From positions 1-64,000 of IMG/VR virus record IMGVR_UViG_3300043436_001870: 64,000 nt of DNA. One strand, written 5' to 3'. The notes under the pieces were generated by a model, which was given only the letters and a program-made list of their open reading frames with translations, was not told the origin of the DNA and made no database searches. This document shows, in pieces, positions 15,954 to 25,843 of this stretch. Source of the stretch: a virus. The translations under genes were made by a program, and so were the position numbers. Numbering within the stretch: the first letter of the stretch is position 1; each line of letters begins with the position of its first letter.

Positions 15954-16262
15954 ATGAGAAATGCCAAAGAAGAATTTTTACAGCATACTACTGGTAAAGT
16001 AGTTAAGTGTGCTCACATAGATTTAATTAATGCTGATTATAAGCTATATAACTTAGCTGATTTACCTGTTAATTATACACCGGAGAAACTAGATGTTTTT
16101 CTAAAAGCTCTTGACATCAGATATGACAGTGGCTATGGTTCACAAGAATTATTCGGAGTCATATGGTATATGGATGGTACATACTCTACAAGATGGGAGT
16201 ATGATGGTTCAGAAGGATGGGAGTATCATGCGTGTCCTACAATACCAGATAAACTTAAATGA
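15954..16262 (+). CDS. conserved phage hypothetical protein
   Basis: YDSGYGSQELFGVIW...RWEYDGSEGW motif. Confidence 0.7.
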   Translation: MRNAKEEFLQHTTGKVVKCAHIDLINADYKLYNLADLPVNYTPEKLDVFLKALDIRYDSGYGSQELFGVIWYMDGTYSTRWEYDGSEGWEYHACPTIPDKLK

Positions 16263-16543
16263 TGACTAATATTTTTCTAGAACCTGGACAAGTATTCAGA
16301 GTTGTAAAAGATGATGAGCCCTTACAACCACACTTTCTTGTAAGAGAGATGTATGAGGATCCGCATACAGATGCTGGATGGGATACTACTTTCAAATCTA
16401 AAAAATGGTTAGGTACTGCTTGGCATACTGTTAAACAAGAACTTCCTGCCTGGATAGGAAAGAGTTATAATGATCTAAATGAAGGTATTACACCTCCATC
16501 TAGAAGATTTTACTATGAAATTATTGAAATCTTTGAATATTAA
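16259..16543 (+). CDS. hypothetical protein
   Basis: ATGA-coupled 94 aa ORF. Confidence 0.55.
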   Translation: MMTNIFLEPGQVFRVVKDDEPLQPHFLVREMYEDPHTDAGWDTTFKSKKWLGTAWHTVKQELPAWIGKSYNDLNEGITPPSRRFYYEIIEIFEY

Positions 16544-16558
16544 TCTAATCAAATAATT

Positions 16559-16687
16559 ATGATGTATTATTACTATGGCCGCAATGGTCAGGAGTTTATT
16601 ACTCCAAACAGAGACTTGGCTTTTGCTCGTGCTACCTTCCATGGTAGTGATGTGTTTACAATTGAAGAAAATTCTCAGGAACAATGA
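16559..16687 (+). CDS. 42-aa hypothetical protein (not in ORF track)
   Basis: MMYYYYGRNGQEFITPNRDLAFARA...; ATGA-coupled to 16684. Confidence 0.6.
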   Translation: MMYYYYGRNGQEFITPNRDLAFARATFHGSDVFTIEENSQEQ

Positions 16688-16884
16688 TTAGCCTACTAGC
16701 AAACTTTATATCAGCATTTTTTATACTTATGGTGCTGATGTTCTCTTTTGCTTTTATAAGTGCAAAGTCTGAGGGAACCTGGATTGAGAAGGTGTTTGAT
16801 CTATTAATGGTTATAGTCTTTATTCTATTCATTGTTACAGTGATCTGCACCATTTATAATTTTATTCAAATCCTAATAGCATAA
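16684..16884 (+). CDS. small membrane protein
   Basis: two TM segments. Confidence 0.55.
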   Translation: MISLLANFISAFFILMVLMFSFAFISAKSEGTWIEKVFDLLMVIVFILFIVTVICTIYNFIQILIA

Positions 16885-17117
16885 TGAAAAACAAGGAAAA
16901 AAAGTCAAAGAAGGAAACCAACAAGATCTTAGAAAATCAGGTACAACTCCTACTACAAGAAGTAACCCTGCATGAGAATTTACTTGGCATGTTTAAAGCA
17001 CATCTTCAAGGATGTCTTACTCATGCTGGGAATATTACTCAAGATGATCTAGACTACTGCTACAAGCTTGCTAATAGAACCTTAACACATTCTAGAAAGA
17101 GCTGTGTACAACCATAA
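16884..17117 (+). CDS. hypothetical protein
   Basis: TAATG-coupled 77 aa ORF. Confidence 0.55.
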   Translation: MKNKEKKSKKETNKILENQVQLLLQEVTLHENLLGMFKAHLQGCLTHAGNITQDDLDYCYKLANRTLTHSRKSCVQP

Positions 17118-17412
17118 TGGCACGTTCCATATAATCAATGGATAGTATGCCCAATATGATGAGAAATGGTGTGATAACCATATGGGTTTGTACTGTTACA
17201 AGATAACAGCAGGGTGATTACCTGATGATGAACTTCTGAATAATCAATCTAACCAAGGGCAATGCGGGCTCATACCTGCGGAGCAAGGTGACGGTCAGGA
17301 AAGACTGACAATAATGTTTGTAATAATCCAAAGGAGAAGCACATTTTTAATGGAGCAGTATCAAAAGGGATGAAGGTAATAAGAGTGAAGAATATCTTTA
17401 TTACAGACATTA
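17118..17412 (+). ncRNA. candidate structured RNA region
   Basis: ORF-poor 300-nt gap with serial hairpins and a 15-bp long-range stem (17312-17326/17398-17412). Confidence 0.4.
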
Positions 17413-17436
17413 ACTTTCAACTAAAAACTTATTTAT

Positions 17437-17742
17437 ATGATACCTATAAAATACACAGTAAAGGGTGGTATTACCCATTTTCATTACAACTACTCAGAGC
17501 TGAGAGAGTTTGTAAGACTTGGTAAAGCCAATGGAAATGTAGGATTACTTCTTGTAAAGAGAGAAGGTGACTTCCTTACCTACAAAGGTTTTGGTACAAT
17601 TCAGAATCCTATGCGCTCTATGATTAGTATTAAATCAAGACATTTAGAAATGCTTGATGGACCAATGCCTTCTGATGATGAGAGATTGATTCCTCCTGCT
17701 TCTCCTTATACAGATTATAAAATGATCTTTCTAAATGAGTAG
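17437..17742 (+). CDS. hypothetical protein
   Basis: 101 aa ORF. Confidence 0.55.
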   Translation: MIPIKYTVKGGITHFHYNYSELREFVRLGKANGNVGLLLVKREGDFLTYKGFGTIQNPMRSMISIKSRHLEMLDGPMPSDDERLIPPASPYTDYKMIFLNE

Positions 17743-17959
17743 CTCTGATTATGGCTATCCTTACTACAATAAGAAGAAGCCAAAAAGTTATATCATGTCC
17801 CTGTATGATTCTAAGATTGAATCTATTGATCTTCAGATTAAAAAACTGCAGATAGAGAGGCAGAGTATCATAGATGAGATGAGTAAAATAAAATCAACTA
17901 TAAATCAATATGAAACAAAAAGAAGTTCCAATCAAACAAACAATTCTTCAGAGCCATAA
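17735..17959 (+). CDS. coiled-coil hypothetical protein
   Basis: 74 aa, heptad pattern. Confidence 0.5.
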   Translation: MSSSDYGYPYYNKKKPKSYIMSLYDSKIESIDLQIKKLQIERQSIIDEMSKIKSTINQYETKRSSNQTNNSSEP

Positions 17960-19118
17960 TCATGATGTGCTGATGGCTGCATATAGCAGTGATGAGATTA
18001 CCCAGAGAAGTTTAGTATTTCTAGAACAGACTGTTGGTAGTATTATAAATATTTCAGAATTTGAGGATAAGATATGTCTTGGTAGATATGTTCTTAAACC
18101 AAGGTTTGTAAAGAAATACTGGGTTCAGTACAAAGCTGATTCTGGTATGACCTATAACAAGAAGACTAAGACTGTTAAGATGTGGTTTGGTAAGCAACTA
18201 TATACTACATCAGATCCTTTGGCTGGTCATTTCTATGAGTTTATGGTTGAGACTGTGAACATGAACTTCATACAAAAGGATCTATTTACAGCTCTTAATC
18301 CAAGTGTTAAAACAATCAATAGAATTCTCAAGGGTAAGATTACTAATCCAAAAGATTTTATTGCTTCTGTTTTTAGAGACAGGCATCCAGGTGTGAAGGT
18401 ATCAAAAGAATTACTTTGGCAGGTTTATAACAGTAATTATAGTAATGTGATTACAAACATATTGAGACCTAATGTGTATGTTGTTCAGACCTGTGAAAAT
18501 ATAGATAGATACCTGGCTTATGTTTTAAGCGGTGCTCTTCATGGAAGTTATTCTTTAGACATGACAATGAGAGACTTGAGTGCTCAGGCAATGGCATTGA
18601 ACAAGACATTTTCCTATTGCTGGTCTCCTAAAAGATTACAAGAGGTTCATACTGAATTATCTAGGGAGATTGCAATTGAAAAATTCAAGTCTGTTCCATT
18701 TATTGATTATGAGTATAAGGGTAAATTCCCTAAAGCCGACTTCATAGAACTCCTTACAAGCAATAAAGAGGTCTTTGCAGAAGGTAACATAATGAGTCAC
18801 TGTGTCTATGGTAGCTATGAATCAAGTATTAGAAACAAGACATACTTTGTATTAAAATATGAAGATGACAATGGTGTAAGAGGTACTGTTGGTATTAGAA
18901 AGTCTTTTGGAAGTAATTATTATACTGTAGATCAGTTCTATGGTAAAAAGAACTCAATCATTAATCCTGAAATACATGATTATGTTAATCAGTTTGTAGC
19001 AAGGGTAGATGTGCAAGACTTCTTTGTACAAAATAGTGTAACTGTACCATACACTACAGAAGTGCTTGATCATATATTAGGTGCCATAAGAGTTGAACCA
19101 ATCTTTGAAGCAATATGA
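17910..19118 (+). CDS. PcfJ-like domain protein
   Basis: C-terminal EGNIMSHCVYGSY...QFYGKKN PcfJ-like motif. Confidence 0.7.
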   Translation: MKQKEVPIKQTILQSHNHDVLMAAYSSDEITQRSLVFLEQTVGSIINISEFEDKICLGRYVLKPRFVKKYWVQYKADSGMTYNKKTKTVKMWFGKQLYTTSDPLAGHFYEFMVETVNMNFIQKDLFTALNPSVKTINRILKGKITNPKDFIASVFRDRHPGVKVSKELLWQVYNSNYSNVITNILRPNVYVVQTCENIDRYLAYVLSGALHGSYSLDMTMRDLSAQAMALNKTFSYCWSPKRLQEVHTELSREIAIEKFKSVPFIDYEYKGKFPKADFIELLTSNKEVFAEGNIMSHCVYGSYESSIRNKTYFVLKYEDDNGVRGTVGIRKSFGSNYYTVDQFYGKKNSIINPEIHDYVNQFVARVDVQDFFVQNSVTVPYTTEVLDHILGAIRVEPIFEAI

Positions 19119-19582
19119 GTGCAACTGTTTATATTCATGATCATGAATTAAATAAAATTATAGATTCTATTGTAAAAGATGGAATCAATAATAGGGCAGA
19201 TGTAGTTGAGTGTATTACATCTCTTATCAAAAGAGGTTATTCAAACCCTGAAGTTCTAGTAAAATGTATTCTTGGAGTATTGGATGAACCAATATTTGTT
19301 CCTGGTGATATAGTCTATGTAAGAATAGAGGGTTTATATCTTGGTAGTTATGATCCAGATCTAACCAATGATGCTGGAAATATGATTGAAGATAAGACCT
19401 ATATAAAAGGTAAGATAGTTAATATAGATAAGTTCAGTTCACAGTGTTATCATGCTGAGATTGAAACTGTTAGTACTAATGGTAATGTAGACAAGCGGTC
19501 TATTCATGTCAATCAAAATCAGTTAAATCTAAAGATTTTTATGCCAGCACCAGGAAGAATTAATGTTGGGGATATTTTATGA
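19115..19582 (+). CDS. hypothetical protein (SH3-like C-terminus)
   Basis: FVPGDIVYV...GKIVNID. Confidence 0.55.
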   Translation: MSATVYIHDHELNKIIDSIVKDGINNRADVVECITSLIKRGYSNPEVLVKCILGVLDEPIFVPGDIVYVRIEGLYLGSYDPDLTNDAGNMIEDKTYIKGKIVNIDKFSSQCYHAEIETVSTNGNVDKRSIHVNQNQLNLKIFMPAPGRINVGDIL

Positions 19583-19812
19583 GTAAAGACACAAGAGTGG
19601 TGTATATGGGCACCTTTGAAATTAACAAGAAGCTTACAGATGAAAAGATTACTAACCTAAGGTTAGATGTTCTTGATAAACAAGAGCGGTTATTACAGTT
19701 AAGAAATGACTATGAGAATGATACAAGGTATATCAATAAAAAGCTCATACTCATTGCTATATGTACTATTATTAATACAGTAGCTATATTACTGCAATAT
19801 ATTTTTAGCTAG
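19579..19812 (+). CDS. coiled-coil protein with C-terminal TM
   Basis: 77 aa. Confidence 0.5.
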   Translation: MSKDTRVVYMGTFEINKKLTDEKITNLRLDVLDKQERLLQLRNDYENDTRYINKKLILIAICTIINTVAILLQYIFS

Positions 19813-19852
19813 AGCTTGTAATTTGTGAGAAGTTTTATTATGTAGATTATAT

Positions 19853-20149
19853 TTGGATATGTATTATCAACTTCCTAATGGTAAGACAGTTTGGGTAGAT
19901 CCTTCGGATGCAATTGACATGACACCGGAGGATATACAGCTGTTGTTAGCCATGAACATGGGAGAGTATGTACACAATCCTTTTAAGAGAGGAGTTCTTG
20001 ATAAGGCTCCTGATCCTCCAGAAGCTGATGAGGATGAAACTGAAGAAGAAACTGAAACTGAGAATGTATCTGACTATTACCGGGAATTCTATCCCGATGA
20101 GTTTCCAGATGTCCCTGATGAGGATGTAGATCTGGACAACTTTGAATAA
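19853..20149 (+). CDS. highly acidic hypothetical protein
   Basis: YQLPNGKTVW N-terminus and D/E-rich tail; start may be ATG 19859. Confidence 0.6.
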   Translation: MDMYYQLPNGKTVWVDPSDAIDMTPEDIQLLLAMNMGEYVHNPFKRGVLDKAPDPPEADEDETEEETETENVSDYYREFYPDEFPDVPDEDVDLDNFE

Positions 20150-20170
20150 TTATCCTAAACTAATTTTAAT

Positions 20171-20641
20171 ATGTTTAATCAAGTAATCGTTACTGGCAAT
20201 GATGCCGGTGAGACTGTTATTGTCTCAAAAGAAAATCCAAAGTTTGGTCACATTCGTGTAGAACAAAAGAGAACTATCCTGAATAATAAGGGCTGGGTAA
20301 ATACAAAAGTACTTAGTTCACTTATCCATGGATCAGTTGAGGAATTACAATCATTGGATTTTGTTGCAGGTCAGGTATTACCTGGTAAGATTGTTATCAA
20401 AGAATCTTTGTTTCCTTTTAATACAAAGGAACCTAGTGCTGATTACAAGATTGCAGGTCGTACCAACATCGTGTGTACAGTAGGAGGTCAACCTATTTAC
20501 AGAAAGACTTTCTATAATCAGAGTGGAACAGAGAATGATGAGTTTGTTTCACATGATAATGTAGAAGACATTCGTCGTGCTAACATGCATCAAGCAGAAG
20601 TTAGTGTTGAGGATACAGACACTGTAGATTTCAATCTATAG
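20171..20641 (+). CDS. conserved crAss-like protein with acidic tail (possible OB-fold)
   Basis: LPGKIVIKES...GQPIYRKT; ends DTDTVDFNL. Confidence 0.6.
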   Translation: MFNQVIVTGNDAGETVIVSKENPKFGHIRVEQKRTILNNKGWVNTKVLSSLIHGSVEELQSLDFVAGQVLPGKIVIKESLFPFNTKEPSADYKIAGRTNIVCTVGGQPIYRKTFYNQSGTENDEFVSHDNVEDIRRANMHQAEVSVEDTDTVDFNL

Positions 20642-20694
20642 ATGGTCTAACATCCTGTGCCAATTCAATTACAAATTAAAACCAACTTATTACA

Positions 20695-21168
20695 ATGCCT
20701 ACCTATCAGAAAATTGTCTACAATGGTAGACTTGCTGACTATCAGAGATTTGGTAATCAGTTCAAGAAGTCTAATGTTGAGTATGAAAGAGACAAGTACA
20801 ACCCCTATCAGAACTTTCTTTACAAGAGAGCACTGTTTGGTTTATCTGTCTATAGTGAAGAGGAGAAGGCAATAATGCACAATGACAAGAAGAAGAGAAT
20901 TGCAAAGGTTAATGAAAGAGCCCAGCAGATTCTGAATGCATGGAAGCAGGAACTTACTCATGACTATACTGCTACTCTACTGAGTGGTATGTTTCATCAT
21001 AGTAGTTTCATAAAGGATTATTGTGAGAAATTTGCTGGAGTAACTGATCCCGACTATATTAGCCCTATGGAATTTAAGGATCTTGGTATTACTAAAGATC
21101 ATATAGTTCAAAAGCTTGTAGAGGAGAGGATACTTCCGTTTAACTTTTATCAATTGAACCAGCCATGA
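20695..21168 (+). CDS. hypothetical protein
   Basis: 157 aa; QNFLYKRALFGL, FKDLGITK motifs. Confidence 0.65.
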   Translation: MPTYQKIVYNGRLADYQRFGNQFKKSNVEYERDKYNPYQNFLYKRALFGLSVYSEEEKAIMHNDKKKRIAKVNERAQQILNAWKQELTHDYTATLLSGMFHHSSFIKDYCEKFAGVTDPDYISPMEFKDLGITKDHIVQKLVEERILPFNFYQLNQP

Positions 21169-21473
21169 CATTCCAAGACTTAACAAATGAAGAGATATTG
21201 TTCTTGTTTCATGAGATAAACCAAGAACTTCACAGGTATAATGAAATACTTGAAACAAAAAAAGTAAGAGAGTCAGTTGAACTATTTGACTACGGTCAGA
21301 TTACAGTTGACTATATACTTACTAATGATGAAGTTGAGGAGCTCTCGAGTGACAGACACTATCTCTTTGTTGTTAGTCTACATAAGAAGCTTGAGCTGAT
21401 TACCTCTATGATTTCTGAGGCTGATCCATCACTTGCTTCTAAAGTTGAAGTATCATTCCAAAAAAGATTCTAA
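21165..21473 (+). CDS. hypothetical protein
   Basis: ATGA-coupled 102 aa ORF. Confidence 0.6.
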   Translation: MTFQDLTNEEILFLFHEINQELHRYNEILETKKVRESVELFDYGQITVDYILTNDEVEELSSDRHYLFVVSLHKKLELITSMISEADPSLASKVEVSFQKRF

Positions 21474-21647
21474 ATGAAAGTAGTATCAATCTATGATTCA
21501 AAATTAAAACTCATACTTACTCCTGAAACAAAGACGGAGGAAGCATTGCTTGATGAATTAACCAAGCAGTCTGAGTGTGCAACCAAACTAAGTGATTCAC
21601 CTGAGCATGCCCATAACTATGGGTCCGGTTCAATTATGATTCAGTAA
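21474..21647 (+). CDS. 57-aa hypothetical protein (not in ORF track)
   Basis: MKVVSIYDSKLKLILTPETKTEE...; fills gap exactly, TAATG-coupled to next gene. Confidence 0.6.
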   Translation: MKVVSIYDSKLKLILTPETKTEEALLDELTKQSECATKLSDSPEHAHNYGSGSIMIQ

Positions 21648-22045
21648 TGTTGCAATCAAAACCTAAGGTCTGTTCTGGCTGCGGGAAAGAAAAGAAAATA
21701 TGGAAGAGGAGGGGGACTGAGAAGTTCTGTAAAGAATGCTGGAGTTGCCATTCTAGCAAAGATATTAAACCAACAAAGCAGAAACCTCTGTCCCCTAAAT
21801 CTTCTAAGCAGCAGAAGTTAGATGCTATTTACTCTATCCTACGGGAGAAGTACCTGAAGCATCATCCCATGTGTGAGGCAAATCTGCCTGGCTGTTCCTT
21901 ACAAGCTCATGATATACACCACAGTAAAGGAAGAACTGGTAATCTAATGTTAGATGATGCTGAGTTCATTGCTGTCTGTAGGAGCTGTCATACATGGATC
22001 CATGAGAATCCTAAGCAGGCTAAAGAACTAGGCTTGTATCACTAA
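21647..22045 (+). CDS. HNH endonuclease with Zn ribbon
   Basis: CSGC, CKEC, DIHH, CRSCHTWIH. Confidence 0.75.
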   Translation: MLQSKPKVCSGCGKEKKIWKRRGTEKFCKECWSCHSSKDIKPTKQKPLSPKSSKQQKLDAIYSILREKYLKHHPMCEANLPGCSLQAHDIHHSKGRTGNLMLDDAEFIAVCRSCHTWIHENPKQAKELGLYH

Positions 22046-22057
22046 TTCCCTAAAAGA

Positions 22058-22285
22058 ATGGAAATTACTATTTACACTGATAGTCTAACAGTGGATAAGG
22101 CATATAGTCAAGTAAAAGTAACTATTGATGTTGATGTTGAAGATATGCTTAGTCAACTAAATGCTGTTCACAAAAATGATCATACAATATTAAATGATCA
22201 ATATGAGAAATTAAGTGAACAGTTTGATGAACTTAAGGAAGCATATGATGAACTCTGTGAAAAGTTTGACATGTTAGACCCGTAA
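22058..22285 (+). CDS. coiled-coil hypothetical protein
   Basis: 75 aa. Confidence 0.5.
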   Translation: MEITIYTDSLTVDKAYSQVKVTIDVDVEDMLSQLNAVHKNDHTILNDQYEKLSEQFDELKEAYDELCEKFDMLDP

Positions 22286-22296
22286 ACCCCGTTTGT

Positions 22297-23418
22297 ATGA
22301 ATAAAGATCAAATTCAACAGCATGCTCTGTCTGTTTTACTATCACTGTTCTCCTGTCCAGGCCGTCTACGTGTTGGCCTTGACATCAGCATGGGCGTAGG
22401 TAAAACATTATTAGCACTCAAGTTTCTTAATCAGACAGCCGTCAGTGCAAAGATCCTAGTTGTAGGACCCAAACTAACCGTTAAGAAGACATGGTTGGAT
22501 GAATGTGATACTCATGGTCTATCCCATATCAAGGATGACATGAGTTTTGTTGTTTACCGTTCTCTCAATAAGATTCCTGATATCAACTCTTACCAGTATA
22601 TTATACTAGATGAGTGTCACAATCTTTTAGAGAGTCACCGAGGTATTCTAACCAAGTTTAATGGTCATATCATAGGACTTACTGGTACACCACCAAGGTA
22701 TAAGCATACAGGTAAAGGAAAGATGGTCAATGACTTCTGTCCCATTACATATAACTATAAGACTGATGAGGCCGTTGATGACGGAATTCTGAATGATTAT
22801 GTTATTTATGTGCACCTGATTGACCTGAACACTGATAACACCTTCCACAAGAAGAATAAGAAGGGTGGTGGTTACTATACATCTGAGAAAAAGATGTACG
22901 AGTATTGGTGTAATGCCATTGATGATGCTCCAGATGGACATCAACATTTAGCCAGAATCATGAGGATGAAGTCCATGATGAGTTTTCCAAGCAAAGAAAA
23001 GTATGCTAGGGAGCTGATTGACTTCATTGATGACAAGGTATTACTGTTTGCCAATACAAAAGATCAGGCATCTAAACTTTGTAATAACACTTATTTCAGT
23101 GGTAATTCAGAGTCAGAAGTTAACCTTGAAAAGTTTAAAGCTGGGGTGATTACTAAACTTGCAGCTGTACTCCAGCTCAATGAGGGTATAAACATTCCTG
23201 ATTTAAAGCAAGGTATCATCATGCATGCATATGGTAATGAGAGGACTACTTCCCAGAGATTGGGCAGATTGCTTCGTTTAAAACCTAATGAAACAGGTAA
23301 GATTCACATCCTCTGCTACAAGAATACTGTAGATGTCCAGTGGGTTGAATCGGCACTAGCAAGTTTTGATCAGTCCAAGATTCAATGGGTAGAACGTAAA
23401 AAATCTATTACTAAATGA
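22297..23418 (+). CDS. superfamily 2 (DEXH) helicase
   Basis: MGVGKT, DECH, GLTGT, EGINIP, QRLGRLLR. Confidence 0.85.
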   Translation: MNKDQIQQHALSVLLSLFSCPGRLRVGLDISMGVGKTLLALKFLNQTAVSAKILVVGPKLTVKKTWLDECDTHGLSHIKDDMSFVVYRSLNKIPDINSYQYIILDECHNLLESHRGILTKFNGHIIGLTGTPPRYKHTGKGKMVNDFCPITYNYKTDEAVDDGILNDYVIYVHLIDLNTDNTFHKKNKKGGGYYTSEKKMYEYWCNAIDDAPDGHQHLARIMRMKSMMSFPSKEKYARELIDFIDDKVLLFANTKDQASKLCNNTYFSGNSESEVNLEKFKAGVITKLAAVLQLNEGINIPDLKQGIIMHAYGNERTTSQRLGRLLRLKPNETGKIHILCYKNTVDVQWVESALASFDQSKIQWVERKKSITK

Positions 23419-23687
23419 GTACTGAAACTCTAGAAGTTACTAAAACAGATGTAGACACGGAACAAGAGCCTAAGATTGTAGTATTTAATGATAATCACAA
23501 CAGTTTTGACCATGTGATTATGTGTCTTGTTACGTTTTGTAAACACAGTACAACCCAGGCAGAACAATGTGCCTGGATTATCCACACCAAAGGTAAGTAT
23601 GCTGTTAAGCATGGTTCTCTAGAAGAACTATTACCAATTAATGAAGCTCTTGGAGCAAATGATTTAACAACAGAAATTCAATTTTAA
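23415..23687 (+). CDS. clpS: ClpS N-degron adaptor homolog
   Basis: VVFNDNHNSFDHVI...QAEQCAWIIHTKGKYAVKHG matches Bacteroidetes ClpS. Confidence 0.85.
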   Translation: MSTETLEVTKTDVDTEQEPKIVVFNDNHNSFDHVIMCLVTFCKHSTTQAEQCAWIIHTKGKYAVKHGSLEELLPINEALGANDLTTEIQF

Positions 23688-24418
23688 TGGAAGCAAAATT
23701 TCACAACTACACCCAAGTATCAGTAGAAAAAGTAAAAGAACTAAGTTTTAACAGAAACAAGAGTGAAAAGCATATTAAGACCTTATCAAGATCAATACAT
23801 AAGGTTGGTGTTTTGAGAACACCTGTGATTGCAAAAACCAAGGCTCTAAGTGGTACCACAGAATACTACATTATTGACGGTCAACATCTTATAGAGAGTC
23901 TGAAGAGACTTGAGGTAGAGAAGGTTTATGCAATTGTTGTAGAGACTGACTCTATTGCTGAGATTGTAGATATGATGGCCCTGTTGAATAATGTTCAGCA
24001 GAAGTGGACCCTCATGAACTATGTAGATGCATATATTGGCATGGGTGTTCAGGATTACTTTATCCTAAAGGAACACAGCAAGAAAAATGGCTTTAGTATC
24101 AATCTATCTGCAGGTATTTTAGGAGGCTGTAGACACTATGGTAGAGGTACAGATCCTGTAAAGAATGGTACTTTTAAAGTATCTGCTGCAGATTCAGATG
24201 AATTAACATCTAGACTTCAAGAAATCTGTGCTATTACTGGTGTTACCGGCAATAAGTTCCAGAGTGCTTATATTGAATTCTTCAGAGCAAACTATAAGGC
24301 TTACAACCATAGTAAGTTCATGAAGAGAATCAAAGATAACTTGAGCATGTTTGAAAACATGCCCCATGACATAAACTATTGTCATTCTCTACTGGTCAAG
24401 CTTTACAAAAGCAAATAA
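23687..24418 (+). CDS. ParB/Srx-like N-terminal domain protein
   Basis: YIIDGQH motif, LNNVQQKW. Confidence 0.7.
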   Translation: MEAKFHNYTQVSVEKVKELSFNRNKSEKHIKTLSRSIHKVGVLRTPVIAKTKALSGTTEYYIIDGQHLIESLKRLEVEKVYAIVVETDSIAEIVDMMALLNNVQQKWTLMNYVDAYIGMGVQDYFILKEHSKKNGFSINLSAGILGGCRHYGRGTDPVKNGTFKVSAADSDELTSRLQEICAITGVTGNKFQSAYIEFFRANYKAYNHSKFMKRIKDNLSMFENMPHDINYCHSLLVKLYKSK

Positions 24419-24450
24419 TAGTTTCTATATATTAGCATAAAAATTACCAG

Positions 24451-24858
24451 ATGGCAACTCTCATTCTACTTCTAATAATTGCAGGACTAGCTAAGGCTTG
24501 GTCAGATGCTTTGTCTGACGAAGAAATCAAAGAAAATGATTGGCATAACAAGTATGATTTTACAAAACCTGGTGAATTTAATCACTGGTGGTACTTTGGG
24601 TTGTACAAACCTAAGTACCCAGAAAAGTTCCCGTTTAGTTCAACAATACTTGTATTCATTACAGACAGATGGCATCTTAGCCAGTTTATTATGCTAAGAT
24701 CATTCTATACTGCTATTGCAACATCCTTAACAGATAACTTCTGGTTGATTATGTTTAGCATATTCATTATATTCCCTATAACCTTGGGAATAGCCTTTGA
24801 AGCAGGATACAATCAGATCAGAGAGCATTATAAATCCAGTAAAAAAATAAAGAAATGA
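24451..24858 (+). CDS. membrane protein
   Basis: hydrophobic segments, TDRWH motif. Confidence 0.55.
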   Translation: MATLILLLIIAGLAKAWSDALSDEEIKENDWHNKYDFTKPGEFNHWWYFGLYKPKYPEKFPFSSTILVFITDRWHLSQFIMLRSFYTAIATSLTDNFWLIMFSIFIIFPITLGIAFEAGYNQIREHYKSSKKIKK

Positions 24859-25064
24859 AATTTGTCATCTGGTTAGTTAAATCAACCTTATTTCATCTGC
24901 TAATCTTATTAGCGATGATTATTATGGCAACTACCTGGGAAGCAGGTGTAGATAAAACTGTAGCATTATACATGACAGTTATCACACTTGTTGTACTTGT
25001 AGTAGGGAAGCTAATTTATTTTAGAAAAAATGCAAAACAATCTAACAAAACAGACCAGAAGTAA
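24855..25064 (+). CDS. small membrane protein
   Basis: two TM segments. Confidence 0.5.
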   Translation: MKFVIWLVKSTLFHLLILLAMIIMATTWEAGVDKTVALYMTVITLVVLVVGKLIYFRKNAKQSNKTDQK

Positions 25065-25263
25065 ATCTAAACCTTCTTGGAATACAGAAGACTTCTGTAG
25101 ATACTGTGACCTTGATACTCTAAAAGACATTGCTAAAGACAATGTATCAGATCCTGATGATGAGTATGAGTATGACAAAGTGTTTAATGAAATCTATATC
25201 AGTACAGGTATCTGCCGTCATTGTAAAGAAGAAGAGACGGCAGATTTCAGGGATGATGATTAA
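25030..25263 (+). CDS. small Zn-binding acidic protein
   Basis: CRYC and CRHC. Confidence 0.55.
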   Translation: MQNNLTKQTRSKSKPSWNTEDFCRYCDLDTLKDIAKDNVSDPDDEYEYDKVFNEIYISTGICRHCKEEETADFRDDD

Positions 25264-25274
25264 ATCTTTCTAAC

Positions 25275-25535
25275 ATGAAAACAATTTTTAAAGTGGTGGC
25301 TGCACAAATATTTGTGACGGCCCTGATTGCTATTTTTATATTTAACAAGCCAAATATTGACAAGAAACTTGTTGAGCATAAGATACCTTGTGAATACTTA
25401 GAAGCTAGGTATGAATCTTTGATAGATAGTGTAGCAGACCTTGAAGAAAAGGCAGAAATACTTAACAGATACTTGAATATGAAACATATTGAGTATATGG
25501 AAGTATGTGATTTGGTGCACAAGTCTAAAAAATAA
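25275..25535 (+). CDS. membrane-anchored coiled-coil protein
   Basis: N-terminal TM. Confidence 0.5.
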   Translation: MKTIFKVVAAQIFVTALIAIFIFNKPNIDKKLVEHKIPCEYLEARYESLIDSVADLEEKAEILNRYLNMKHIEYMEVCDLVHKSKK

Positions 25536-25564
25536 TCTATATTTGATCTATAAAACCATCAAAC

Positions 25565-25843
25565 ATGAAAGCAGTATTAGGTAAAAGAGTTATTATTAAG
25601 AAACCAGTAATCAAAAAAGAATCTCTTATTGAGTTTACTCCAGCAATGGAAGCTGAGCATGAACAAGAGATGATGAAAAAGTACAGCCAACTTGAAGTAT
25701 TTGCTGTAGGAAATGCTGTAACAGATGTGAAAGCTGGTGACCTAGTTTATGTAGGCTCAGCCATTGCACATTCTGAAGTATTAGAAATTGAAGGTAACAT
25801 TTATTTCATGGTCAATGAGCAAGCTATTTCCATTATTTGGTAA
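25565..25843 (+). CDS. groES: GroES-like co-chaperonin
   Basis: LGKRVIIK...VFAVG...VKAGDLVYV...EIEGNIYFMVNEQAI; TATATTTG -7 box at 25538-25545. Confidence 0.75.
   Translation: MKAVLGKRVIIKKPVIKKESLIEFTPAMEAEHEQEMMKKYSQLEVFAVGNAVTDVKAGDLVYVGSAIAHSEVLEIEGNIYFMVNEQAISIIW

Noticed and set aside
17264-17279. tRNA-Met-like anticodon hairpin GCGGG-CTCATA-CCTGC
   Set aside because: No acceptor, D or T arm around it.
19822-19855. Host-type promoter TTTG...TATATTTG before 19853/19859
   Set aside because: Spacer is 22 nt and the -7 box overlaps the predicted start; too uncertain to list as a feature.
22335-22345. Partial match TTTACTATCAC to the 13-bp repeat
   Set aside because: Inside the helicase CDS, incomplete, and without the accompanying terminator or CTCCTAC context.
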